Source of the DNA: an uncultured Aquifex sp.
GTDB lineage: Bacteria > Aquificota > Aquificia > Aquificales > Aquificaceae
Length of the DNA: 53,962 bases
Direction of reading: 5' to 3'
Assembly (NCBI GenBank): GCA_964590265.1
Contig: CAZPVY010000001.1
Coordinates: 1 to 53,962, forward strand
Of the stretch, positions 8,110 to 17,391 are shown one piece after another (the first letter of the stretch is position 1; each line of letters opens with the position of its first letter). The translations under genes were made by a program, and so were the position numbers. The notes beneath the pieces are model-generated. The model made no database searches and was not told the origin of the DNA. It worked only from the letters and a program-made list of their open reading frames with translations.

Positions 8110-10953
8110 ATGGAGATAGGAGGAAGTTTCTACGAAAGAAAATACTACAGCACATGCTACATGTGTGCCTGTAGGTGCGGGATCGAGGTCTATGTCAGAA
8201 ACGGTAAGGTTACTTACATAAAAGGAAACGATGACCATCCTTTGAATAAAGGCGTTCTGTGCGCCAAGGGTTCTTCGGGGATAATGAAGGAATACTCCCC
8301 GGCAAGGCTCAGAAAACCCCTTCTCAGGGTCGGACCAAGAGGATCAGGACAGTTTAAAGAGATAGAGTGGGACGAGGCTATAGAGATAGCTGCGAAGTGG
8401 ATAGACGAGGCGAGAAGGAAGAATCCCGCAAAGGTTGCTTTCTTCACGGGAAGGGATCAGATGCAGGCTATAAACGGTTGGTTTGCCCAGCAATTGGGGA
8501 CTATAAACTGGGCAGCTCACGGAGGATTTTGTTCGGTCAACGTTGCCGCAGCAGGATTGCTTTCAACAGGCTACTCCTTCTGGGAGTTCGGAGATCCCGA
8601 CTTTGAGAATACCAAATACTTCATGATGATAGGTGTTGCCGAGGATCACGCTTCCAATCCCTTCAAGCTCGGTATTCAGGAGATGAAGAGGAAAGGAGGT
8701 AAGCTCGTCTTCGTTAATCCCGTAAGGTGGTCTTATGGAGCAATTGCGGATGAATGGGTTCCCATAAAACCGGGGACCGATGGCGCTTTTGTAATGGGAC
8801 TTATGTACGTTCTCTTCAAATACAACCTTATAGACTGGACATTCCTAAAGGAACAGACGAACGCAACTTGGCTCGTAGTGCAGGCTCCCGGAACTTCTAA
8901 GGACGGTCTCTTTTACAGGAACGAAGAAGGAAAGCCCATGGTCTTTGATAAGAAAACGAAGTCTTTCAAGCCGGCAGACAGGATAGTTCCCGATGAGCTT
9001 GATCCTGCCTTTATAGGTGAGTTTGAGACACCGGAAGGATTTAAGGTAAGACCTGCCTTTGACATATTCGCAGAAAGGTTGGTCAAAGACTACAGTCCCG
9101 AGAAAGTTGAGAAGATAACGGGTGTACCCGCAAAGGACATAGAGAGGATAGCTAAGGAAATGGGCGTAATAGCCCTTTACGATCCCCTTGAGCTTCCGAT
9201 AGAGTGGACAGACGTCTGGGGAAGAAAGCACAAGACGATGAAGGGAAGACCAGTATCGTTTCACATAATGAGAGGGGTAGCCTCACACACTAACGGTTTC
9301 CAGACAGCAAGAGCAGTTTTCGTTTTGAAAATGCTTCTTGGTTGTATTGATGTTCCGGGAGGACACCTCGCAAAGCCGCCCTATCCAAAGCATATAGAAG
9401 ACCTGCCAAAGCCTTACAAGATAAGATCCCTTGATGATCTCAAATATGGAGAGCCTCTCAAGGGTCCCCATCTCGGTCTTCCCCAGAATCCAGACGACCT
9501 CCTCGTTGATAAAGATGGGAAACCCTTAAGGATAGACAGGGCATACAGTTGGGAATTTCCTATATCCGCTCACGGATGCATTCAGAACGTCATCCCTGCA
9601 GCCTATCAGCAGGATCCCTACGATATAGAAGTTCTGATCATATACATGGCTAACATGGCTTGGAACTCCTCCCAGAACATACCTTACATAATTGAAGCTC
9701 TCACAGCAAAGGATGCTGCAGGAAATTACATAATTCCGAAGATAATCACAATAGATACTTTCTACAGTGAACAGGTTGCTTACTCGGACTTAGTTTTACC
9801 CGATGCAACCTACCTTGAGCAATGGTTTGCCCTATCCCTACTTGACAGACCCCCTTCCGTTGCATTTGGACCTGTGGATGCCCTCAGACAGCCGATAATT
9901 GATCCGAAGAAGAACGGTCTTGATGTCAGACCTTGGGGAGATGTTATGGTTGAACTGGGGACAAAGCTTAAGCTCCCCGGCTTTCTGAACGAAGATGGAA
10001 CACCCAAATACAAAGACTTCAAAGACTTCCTTATAAACTGGCAACCGAGACCGGGAGTAGGAGCCTTAGCAGGCTGGAGAGGGAAGAACGGAGATAAACA
10101 CTTTGTTGGAGAGCCGAACCCTAAACAGCTTGAGATGTACACGAAAAATAAAGGCTTCTTCTACTACAGGCTCCCCGAGCACATGAGATATTACAGACAC
10201 ATTAACAAGGACTACCTTGAGTGGGCTAAGAGTGTTGGTTTTGTGAAGAAAACCGATCCGATAATAATGAACTTTTACGTTGAGTCCCTTCAGACATTCA
10301 GGCTCGCAGGTCTGGGACTCTGGGAAGGAGAAAACCAGCCACCCAGCGACCCGGTTATAAGGGAGAGACTCGTGAAGTACTTTGATCCTCTCCCCTTCTG
10401 GTATCCTCCCTTTGAGGAGGAGGTAAGCGGGGATGAGTATCCACTTTACGCCTTCACCGCGAGACCACAGTGGATGTATCACTCGTGGGATTCCCAGAAC
10501 GCGTGGCTCAGGCAGATATCAACGAGAAACTTCCTGTATATGAATCCGAAAACCGCCCAGAAGCTTGGTATAAAGCACCTTGACTGGGTTTGGGTTGAGT
10601 CAAGAGTGGGTAAGGTCAAATGTCAGGTATTTCTGACGGAAGCGACCGAACCGAATTCAGTCTGGACATGGAACGCTATAGGTAAAATGTCCGGAGCCTG
10701 GGGACTCAAGCCCGATGCGGAAGAGGCTCATAAAGGTTTCCTTCTGAACCACGTTATACCCCACAGCATAAAGATCGGAGGAAGAGAACTCTTTTACGGA
10801 GATCCCATAACGGGACACCTCGCGTGGTTTGACACCAAGGTGAAAGTTTATAAAGCAGAGGACCAGACACCAAAAACTCATCCTGAGTATAAGGTGGAGC
10901 CCCTTCCCTATATAAAGGAAAGGTGGATGGAGGTTCTCAGATATAAGCCTTAA
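8110..10953 (+). CDS. soeA: Molybdopterin oxidoreductase catalytic subunit, SoeA/SreA type (cytoplasm-facing sulfite:quinone oxidoreductase / sulfur reductase)
   Basis: CYMCACRCG...C FS0 cluster motif, AAHGGFCSVN segment with the presumed Mo-ligand Cys, YHSW, no Tat signal; ATG 8110 follows AGGAGG and is preferred over GTG 8089. Confidence 0.88.
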   Translation: MEIGGSFYERKYYSTCYMCACRCGIEVYVRNGKVTYIKGNDDHPLNKGVLCAKGSSGIMKEYSPARLRKPLLRVGPRGSGQFKEIEWDEAIEIAAKWIDEARRKNPAKVAFFTGRDQMQAINGWFAQQLGTINWAAHGGFCSVNVAAAGLLSTGYSFWEFGDPDFENTKYFMMIGVAEDHASNPFKLGIQEMKRKGGKLVFVNPVRWSYGAIADEWVPIKPGTDGAFVMGLMYVLFKYNLIDWTFLKEQTNATWLVVQAPGTSKDGLFYRNEEGKPMVFDKKTKSFKPADRIVPDELDPAFIGEFETPEGFKVRPAFDIFAERLVKDYSPEKVEKITGVPAKDIERIAKEMGVIALYDPLELPIEWTDVWGRKHKTMKGRPVSFHIMRGVASHTNGFQTARAVFVLKMLLGCIDVPGGHLAKPPYPKHIEDLPKPYKIRSLDDLKYGEPLKGPHLGLPQNPDDLLVDKDGKPLRIDRAYSWEFPISAHGCIQNVIPAAYQQDPYDIEVLIIYMANMAWNSSQNIPYIIEALTAKDAAGNYIIPKIITIDTFYSEQVAYSDLVLPDATYLEQWFALSLLDRPPSVAFGPVDALRQPIIDPKKNGLDVRPWGDVMVELGTKLKLPGFLNEDGTPKYKDFKDFLINWQPRPGVGALAGWRGKNGDKHFVGEPNPKQLEMYTKNKGFFYYRLPEHMRYYRHINKDYLEWAKSVGFVKKTDPIIMNFYVESLQTFRLAGLGLWEGENQPPSDPVIRERLVKYFDPLPFWYPPFEEEVSGDEYPLYAFTARPQWMYHSWDSQNAWLRQISTRNFLYMNPKTAQKLGIKHLDWVWVESRVGKVKCQVFLTEATEPNSVWTWNAIGKMSGAWGLKPDAEEAHKGFLLNHVIPHSIKIGGRELFYGDPITGHLAWFDTKVKVYKAEDQTPKTHPEYKVEPLPYIKERWMEVLRYKP

Positions 10954-10965
10954 GGAGGTGCTGAT

Positions 10966-11715
10966 ATGGCACAGTATGCTTTAGTTATAGATCTGAACAC
11001 CTGTGTTGGATGCCATGCCTGCGCCACCAACTGCAAGGAGTGGAACACTCAAGCAGCTTTTGGTCCTCTTTCAGACTTTGATCCATACGGAGAAAGTCCC
11101 TCAGGTGTTTGGTACAACAGGGTAATGACCTATGAGACAGGAGAGTTTCCGAATACACAGGTTTTTCACCTTCCTAAGTCCTGCCTTCACTGTCAAGATG
11201 CGCCTTGTGTTCCTGTCTGTCCCACCGGAGCAAGCTATAAGAGAGAACAGGACGGGATAGTCCTCGTAAACTATGATGATTGCATAGGCTGTAAGCTTTG
11301 TTCTTGGAGTTGTCCATATGGTTGCAGGGAGTTTGACGAGGCTGATAAGGTCATGAAAAAGTGCACCCTCTGTATAGACAGGATATATGATGAGACGCTT
11401 CCTCCTGAACACAGAAAGCCCGCTTGCGTACTCACCTGTCCAGCAAAGGCAAGGTTCTTTGGAGACATTGAGGATCCCAACAGCGAAGTTTACAGGATGA
11501 TAAAGGAGAGGAACGGTTTTGTCCTTTTTCCAGATATGGGTACAAACCCTGCTAATCACTACCTGTCAAGAACTGAAACAAAGATCAACATTGAAGAATT
11601 TGAAAAGCACATTTTAAAGCCCGATAACCCTCTATTCCTTGAGGTGGTGAAGAGACATCACGTTTCCAATAAATCTCAGACGCCTAAAGAAAAACAGGTG
11701 GAGGAGGTCGTGTAA
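10966..11715 (+). CDS. soeB: 4Fe-4S electron-transfer subunit (SoeB/DmsB type)
   Basis: Four Cys groups: CVGCHAC...C, CLHC...CVPVCP, CIGCKLC...CP, CTLC...C...CP. Confidence 0.88.
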   Translation: MAQYALVIDLNTCVGCHACATNCKEWNTQAAFGPLSDFDPYGESPSGVWYNRVMTYETGEFPNTQVFHLPKSCLHCQDAPCVPVCPTGASYKREQDGIVLVNYDDCIGCKLCSWSCPYGCREFDEADKVMKKCTLCIDRIYDETLPPEHRKPACVLTCPAKARFFGDIEDPNSEVYRMIKERNGFVLFPDMGTNPANHYLSRTETKINIEEFEKHILKPDNPLFLEVVKRHHVSNKSQTPKEKQVEEVV

Positions 11716-12731
11716 TGCATCCGCCTATATCACTGATATTCTTCTTTCTAACAGCAGGAACGTCTATAGGAATGTTCATATTTATGTATTCAATTGAGTT
11801 CTTAAATCTCTTCGGTAAAGGAGAAGGGCTTCCGAAGGAGGTAATTTTTAAGCTCGGAATACTTGCCTTAATTCTCATAGGACTTGGAGCTGTAGGAGCT
11901 TCTTTTCACTTAGGACACAAACTGAGAGCATGGAAGGCTGTTCGACGGTTCAGAACCTCTTGGCTTTCAAGAGAGGCGGTCTTCAGCGGTGCCTACGGGT
12001 TTACGCTCCTGATCTATCTTATCCTTAACTACTTTGAGGTAAATTTCCTCTTTGAACACTTCTTCGGTGTGCTAACCTTCGCGCTCGGAATCCTGAGCGG
12101 ATTTTCCACGGCTATGATATATGCATCAAACAGGTTCGTTCTTGAGTGGAACACTTCTATCACGGTGATCTACTATCTTCTGATGTATCTTATGCTCGGG
12201 TCTTCCGCGATGACCTACTTCTCCTATTTATACAAACTTCCCTATCTGGGAACTTTCATATTTCTAACATTTCTGTTCCTCACCCTTGGACTGGGATTCA
12301 GGCTCGCCTTCAACATAAGGCAGTTTTACCTTAAACGTCCCACGATGAACGAGGCTTTGAACCTTCCTCACAATAGATCTATTAGGGTTCTTGATAAAGG
12401 CTCAACGACGGAGAACTATTGCACGACGGAATTTTACTACCGTAAGGGTAAGGAACTCCTATCAACTGTGATTCCTATAGCGTACCTCTTGACCTTCATA
12501 GTCCCTCTGTTCCTTGTGCTATACGCTTGGATAACTGGAACCGTGAACAACTGGGTGCTTGGTCTTACCTATATCTTTATCCTTGTGGGAAGTGCTCTTG
12601 AAAGGTGGAGCTTCTTTGTTGAAGGTAACCACGTTCAGAACCTGTTCTACGGACTCTATCCAGAAGAGGGTTACAGGCTCAGAAAGGGCTTCATGGAGAG
12701 GAAGGAAACAAAGATATCCCTTTACGGGTAA
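11715..12731 (+). CDS. soeC: Membrane anchor subunit (SoeC/DmsC type)
   Basis: MHPP.S.IFF, HLG...RAW, SWLSRE, TAMIY, ERW.FF; about 8 hydrophobic segments. Confidence 0.85.
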   Translation: MHPPISLIFFFLTAGTSIGMFIFMYSIEFLNLFGKGEGLPKEVIFKLGILALILIGLGAVGASFHLGHKLRAWKAVRRFRTSWLSREAVFSGAYGFTLLIYLILNYFEVNFLFEHFFGVLTFALGILSGFSTAMIYASNRFVLEWNTSITVIYYLLMYLMLGSSAMTYFSYLYKLPYLGTFIFLTFLFLTLGLGFRLAFNIRQFYLKRPTMNEALNLPHNRSIRVLDKGSTTENYCTTEFYYRKGKELLSTVIPIAYLLTFIVPLFLVLYAWITGTVNNWVLGLTYIFILVGSALERWSFFVEGNHVQNLFYGLYPEEGYRLRKGFMERKETKISLYG

Positions 12732-13744
12732 AAGGCTTTTATCTTCATGTAAAGTTCTTTGAGCTCTCTCTGAGGGTTGGAGTCCCACACTATACCGCAT
12801 CCTGCAAAGTAGCTTATTTGAGAACCGCTGCCATAAGCTGTTCTTATGAGAACGCTTAGGATAAAATCGCCGTTTCTTTTCACAAAACCTGCAACGCCGC
12901 AGTAGTATCCTCTCGCGTGGGGTTCAAGTTCGTTTATTATCTCAACAGCTCTCCTTTTGGGAGCTCCCGTTACGGACGCGGGAGGGAAGGTTTCCCTGAT
13001 AATCTCAGAAAGTTTCTTATCTGTTTCTCCTTCCACGGTTGAGTGCATCTGACAGAGGGTTTTATATCTTTCCACCTTAAACAGCTCGCTCACTCTCACC
13101 GTTCCAGTTCTGGCAACCCTCCCTATGTCGTTTCTCATCATATCCGTTATCATCAGATTCTCAGCCCTTTCCTTTTCGCTTGAGAGTATCTCTTCGGGAG
13201 TCTTCCCTGTTCCCTTTATCGGTTTACTTCTTATTAAACTTTCCCTTTTCTCAAGAAAGAGTTCCATTGAACCCGAGATGACGAAGAAGTCTTCCGTTTC
13301 AAGATAAAAAGCGTAAGGAACTGGCTGTCTTGAGTAAAAGTCAAAGAAAAGATACTCAGAACTTCCCTTCAGCTCAAAGTCAAACCTGCAAGTGAGATTT
13401 ATCTGGTAAACGTCTCCTTTCTCTATGTAGTTCTTTATCTTCTCTATCCGTCTGATAAATTCTTCATCCGCAAGAGAGGTTTCCTTCAATAGGATCTCTT
13501 TTTTCAGATCACGGAAAGTGTCCTTTATCTTCCTTGGCTTTTCTACACGCAAGAACACGATCGGGGGAAGGGAGGTTTTCTTTACGGAAACTCCGAGAAG
13601 ATCCTGAGTAAGGTCGTAAGATAGAAGAACGAATCCCTCCAAACCATCCAGCTCCCGAATATCTCTTGGATAGAGAGTTTCCTTCACGTCAAGAGCAAAG
13701 AGCCCTTCTTTCTGTAACCATTCGCCCGATACGATGAGTTTCAT
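12722..13744 (-). CDS. pabB: Aminodeoxychorismate synthase component I (short form)
   Basis: GDVYQIN, PIKGT (Lys typical of ADC synthase), EKERAENLMI.D..RND, SVTGAPK. Confidence 0.8.
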   Translation of the reverse strand: MKLIVSGEWLQKEGLFALDVKETLYPRDIRELDGLEGFVLLSYDLTQDLLGVSVKKTSLPPIVFLRVEKPRKIKDTFRDLKKEILLKETSLADEEFIRRIEKIKNYIEKGDVYQINLTCRFDFELKGSSEYLFFDFYSRQPVPYAFYLETEDFFVISGSMELFLEKRESLIRSKPIKGTGKTPEEILSSEKERAENLMITDMMRNDIGRVARTGTVRVSELFKVERYKTLCQMHSTVEGETDKKLSEIIRETFPPASVTGAPKRRAVEIINELEPHARGYYCGVAGFVKRNGDFILSVLIRTAYGSGSQISYFAGCGIVWDSNPQRELKELYMKIKAFYP

Positions 13745-13785
13745 AGGGATATAATCTTACTCCGAGCAGGGTAAGAGGTAAGTCC

Positions 13786-14151
13786 ATGAGAGTTTTTAGC
13801 TCTGAAGGGTTAGAGGATCTTAGCAAATTGATTGATAAAAAGATGCAGAGCGTAGAAGAAATTGAGGTTGTAAAGCTAAACGAGACGGAAAACTTAACCC
13901 AATTCCTTGTCTTTATAAAAACATCGGAGATTCCTCACTACCATGCCGAACATGATTTGACGTTCGTACTCCTCAAAGGTCAGGGAGAGCTCTATCTGGA
14001 CGGAAAGAAAGAAAAGTTGGGAGAGGGAGATGTAGCTTTCATACCTAAAGGGAAAGCACACTTTTACAGAAACACATCTGATATATCTGTACTGCTTGCG
14101 AACTTCAGCCCGAGCTACGATGGAAAGGATAGTATAAAGGTAGAGTTATAG
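13786..14151 (+). CDS. Cupin domain protein
   Basis: HYH...G.G and GD..FIPKG.AH cupin motifs; GAGGT SD. Confidence 0.85.
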   Translation: MRVFSSEGLEDLSKLIDKKMQSVEEIEVVKLNETENLTQFLVFIKTSEIPHYHAEHDLTFVLLKGQGELYLDGKKEKLGEGDVAFIPKGKAHFYRNTSDISVLLANFSPSYDGKDSIKVEL

Positions 14152-14157
14152 CTATAA

Positions 14158-14889
14158 TTACTTTTCTATCTCTATCCATGATAGTCCAAGCTTTCTTAAA
14201 TAAAAGGAGTAATCTAAGGGCTTGTGTAGCTCTTTTAGCCTTTCGCCTACGTATATGAGTTTATCAATGTCATAAAGCATAAATCTTGTAAATCTGGATA
14301 AACCCTTAATAAGTCCTATTTTTTCATCTTCTTCTCTAAATTTGTCAATAAATCTATCAGCCTTAATAATCTTATCTGGCATCTTGCTTTTGAAATTTGC
14401 AGTTGGAGATATTAATACATAATAGTTATACTCGTTTGGTACACTGTTTTTCAATCCTATCTTTTCCAAAATTCGCTGAAAATTTATAACCTGTCTTTCT
14501 GCTTGTTTAATAGGATCAGGAATACCTTGAAATCCCTTTGATGTTTTTATACTAAAACTTTTATTCCTCCAATCATAATAAAGCTGTGATGAGAAGTACT
14601 TACTCTCAAAAACCACTATATCAGTTCTAAACATTAACAGGTGATCTATCTGAACAGATATATCATCAAGTTCAAGTCTAAGATCGTGGAGAACAACAAC
14701 TTTTTTAGAATCTTTGTAATATGTATTAATATAGTAAGCTGCATCTCTTTCATTTTTCCATCCACGTTCAATTTTATATATCTCAAATTTTATCTGTCTT
14801 TTTTTAGAAGGGTATATTTTGGGGTGTTTTAAAAGACTCTTCAGCTTTTTCAGTATATCTGATTTATCATCAACATCCTTTAAAATCAT
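14158..14889 (-). CDS. NERD (nuclease-related domain) protein, low GC
   Basis: G...E.DAAYYI, HDLRL, QIDHLL, ESK and P..Q..RQ motifs; ATG 14889 preferred over TTG 14931, which abuts the dapL SD. Confidence 0.8.
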   Translation of the reverse strand: MILKDVDDKSDILKKLKSLLKHPKIYPSKKRQIKFEIYKIERGWKNERDAAYYINTYYKDSKKVVVLHDLRLELDDISVQIDHLLMFRTDIVVFESKYFSSQLYYDWRNKSFSIKTSKGFQGIPDPIKQAERQVINFQRILEKIGLKNSVPNEYNYYVLISPTANFKSKMPDKIIKADRFIDKFREEDEKIGLIKGLSRFTRFMLYDIDKLIYVGERLKELHKPLDYSFYLRKLGLSWIEIEK

Positions 14890-14944
14890 GACTAGCTGAT
14901 GATTATAATTATATAGTTCAAAGTATTTCAAGGAGGTGCATTGG

Positions 14945-16111
14945 ATGGCTTTTGAGCTTTCAGAGAGGATAAAGGTTCTCCCGCCCTATCTATTTGCAGA
15001 GCTTGACAGGAGAAAACAGGAAAAGATCCAGCAAGGAGTTGATGTTATAGATCTTGGTGTCGGAGATCCTGACCTTCCCACACCTGAGCCTATAGTTGAA
15101 GCTCTGAAAGCTGCTGCTCAGAAGCCCGAAAATCACAAATATCCATCCTATGTTGGTATGAAAGCATACAGAGAAGCAGTCGCACAGTGGTATAAAAGAA
15201 GGTTTGATATAGATCTCAACCCTGACAGCGAAGTGATAGCCCTGATAGGATCAAAGGAGGGAGTTGCCCACTTTCCCTTAGCGTTTGTAAATCCCGGAGA
15301 TGTTGTTCTCTGTCCTGATCCAGCTTATCCCGTTTATAAGATAGGAACCATATTTGCCGGCGGAACACCTTACATGATGCCTCTTAAGGAAGAGAACGAT
15401 TTTCTTCCCGATATAGGTTCCATCCCTCAGGATGTGGTGGAGAGAGCAAAGATAATTTGGGTAAACTACCCTAACAATCCCACCTCTGCAGACGCAACTG
15501 AGGATTTTTACAAAGACCTCATAAAGTGGGCAAAGAAACACAATATCATAGTCGCTTCAGACAACGCTTATTCAGAGATTTACATGGGAGAGAGAAAACC
15601 CATATCCATACTTCAGATAGACGGAGCCAAGGATGTAGCAATAGAGTTTCATTCCCTCTCCAAGACCTATAACATGACAGGTTGGAGAATTGGAATGGCT
15701 GTCGGAAATGAGGATCTCGTGAGAGGTCTCGGAAAGGTAAAAACGAACATAGATTCTGGTCAATTCAACGCGGTTCAAGAAGCTGGAATTGTAGCTCTGA
15801 ACATGCTCGAAAATGAACTTGATCAGCTCAGGGCTATATACAGAGAAAGAAGGGAGGTGATGACTCAAGCTCTTAAAAAGCTCGGTCTCAAACCACTGGA
15901 GTCCGATGTAACCTTCTATGTATGGACAAAAGTTCCTGAAGGTTATACCTCCGCTGAGTTCGTGGGAAGACTCATAGACGAAGCGGGCATAGTCTGCACT
16001 CCGGGTAATGGATTTGGAGATGCAGGAGAAGGCTACTTCAGGATATCTCTGACTGTTCCCACGGAAAGGTTGCTCCAAGCAGCAAAGAGGATAGAAAATT
16101 TAAAATTATGA
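14945..16111 (+). CDS. dapL: LL-diaminopimelate aminotransferase (class I/II PLP enzyme)
   Basis: LPPYLF, DLGVGDPD, GSKEG, NYPNNP, D.AY, SLSKTYNMTGWRIG; ATG 14945 follows AGGAGGTG. Confidence 0.85.
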   Translation: MAFELSERIKVLPPYLFAELDRRKQEKIQQGVDVIDLGVGDPDLPTPEPIVEALKAAAQKPENHKYPSYVGMKAYREAVAQWYKRRFDIDLNPDSEVIALIGSKEGVAHFPLAFVNPGDVVLCPDPAYPVYKIGTIFAGGTPYMMPLKEENDFLPDIGSIPQDVVERAKIIWVNYPNNPTSADATEDFYKDLIKWAKKHNIIVASDNAYSEIYMGERKPISILQIDGAKDVAIEFHSLSKTYNMTGWRIGMAVGNEDLVRGLGKVKTNIDSGQFNAVQEAGIVALNMLENELDQLRAIYRERREVMTQALKKLGLKPLESDVTFYVWTKVPEGYTSAEFVGRLIDEAGIVCTPGNGFGDAGEGYFRISLTVPTERLLQAAKRIENLKL

Positions 16112-17391
16112 AGCCCGAAGAGATCAGTCTCGTTGACATAAGCATCAGCGTACCCACGGTTCCCTACGATCTCAACCTCAAGGAGCTGAAGGGGGTTTTT
16201 GACGAGCTAAGAATTTACAAATACCTGACAGTACTGAAGGGAAATGTTCCTATAGGTTTGGTGTACAGAAGCCATGTTGAGAAGTTCTCAAATGAGAAGT
16301 TGACAGCAGGAGATCTGGCAATTTTGTGCAGTCGTTTGAGAAACACCTCTCTGACAAAGGAGAGCCTTTCGGGAATATTTGAGGTTCTACCTCTTGAAAA
16401 AGAACCAGTGATAATCGTAGATAAGAAAGGAACCTATCTCGGTGTTCTAACGTACGATACGGTTCTTCACTACGTTACTCACCACAGAGAACATGTCCTT
16501 CCGATAGTTCAGAGAGTACATTCAAGCATCGGAAAGAGGGAGTACCTCTGCATATTCGGTCTCAAGAACATGGATAAGTTCAAGGATATGTTTGGATCGG
16601 AGAAGATAGAAAGCGTTCACAAAATACTCTCCGAAGATATAAAGGATATATTTGAAGGGGACATATCAGGTGTACCCGAGAAGGGTGAAGTTTGGATACT
16701 CTCAGGCAAACCTCCGGAGAAGGAGAAGATAAAGGAGCTCTTCAGGGAGTTTCACAAGGAGTACATTTTACTCTTTGGAGAGTTTCAGAAGGTTCACGTT
16801 TATGGATTTTGCCTTGATATGACCCTTGTTAATTCACAGGAAAAGCTTTACAGACTGAAGGATGAACTCAGAGACAGAACGAATAGGATAGATGGTTCCG
16901 TGTTTATAGTTCACGGTCTCCAGCCCACCTTGATACTTCACGATCCGACGAAGCAGAAACTGATAACGAACATCAAGAAGAAGATACTCGGCGATTTCAA
17001 GGACATAGTTGAGCATGTAAGGAGCGCTCCGAGGGACATGTGGGAGCACATACTCTATGACATGTTTGATCAGTACCCCTACTTTGAACTCTTTTACATA
17101 ATCAGCGGAAAGGGTCTCCAGATAACGAATAACATAATAAACCCAAAGGTTGATTATTTCGTCGCTCAGGGCAAGAAGGGAACAGACAGGTCAGACAAAC
17201 TTTACTTCAAGCGTGCTCTTCAGGAAGGTTCATTCATATCTGATGTCTATCTATCAAAGGCTACTGATGATTTCTGCATAACGGTCTCTGAGAGCTTTTC
17301 CTATGAAGGAAAAACATACGTCCTCGCGGGGGACATAAACTTCAGACAGATACACAGACTTGTGAAGAGCTACAGGGAAACCACCGTATGA
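16108..17391 (+). CDS. Soluble multidomain protein: CBS pair + degenerate GGDEF-like domain + YkuI_C/Cache-like domain
   Basis: CBS signatures (PIGLV.R; VIIVDKKGTYLGVLT); KNMDKFKDMFG resembles the GGDEF D.D.FK..ND..G segment; C-terminal FELFYII...G.Q...G.DRS.K.YF...ISDVYLS.AT...CITVS. Confidence 0.6.
   Translation: MKPEEISLVDISISVPTVPYDLNLKELKGVFDELRIYKYLTVLKGNVPIGLVYRSHVEKFSNEKLTAGDLAILCSRLRNTSLTKESLSGIFEVLPLEKEPVIIVDKKGTYLGVLTYDTVLHYVTHHREHVLPIVQRVHSSIGKREYLCIFGLKNMDKFKDMFGSEKIESVHKILSEDIKDIFEGDISGVPEKGEVWILSGKPPEKEKIKELFREFHKEYILLFGEFQKVHVYGFCLDMTLVNSQEKLYRLKDELRDRTNRIDGSVFIVHGLQPTLILHDPTKQKLITNIKKKILGDFKDIVEHVRSAPRDMWEHILYDMFDQYPYFELFYIISGKGLQITNNIINPKVDYFVAQGKKGTDRSDKLYFKRALQEGSFISDVYLSKATDDFCITVSESFSYEGKTYVLAGDINFRQIHRLVKSYRETTV

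Noticed and set aside
14153-14911. TATAATTA present on both sides of the NERD gene as a possible target-site duplication
   Set aside because: An 8-bp all-AT match is expected by chance here; the left copy includes the NERD stop codon, the right copy is a plausible -10, and there are no terminal inverted repeats or transposase
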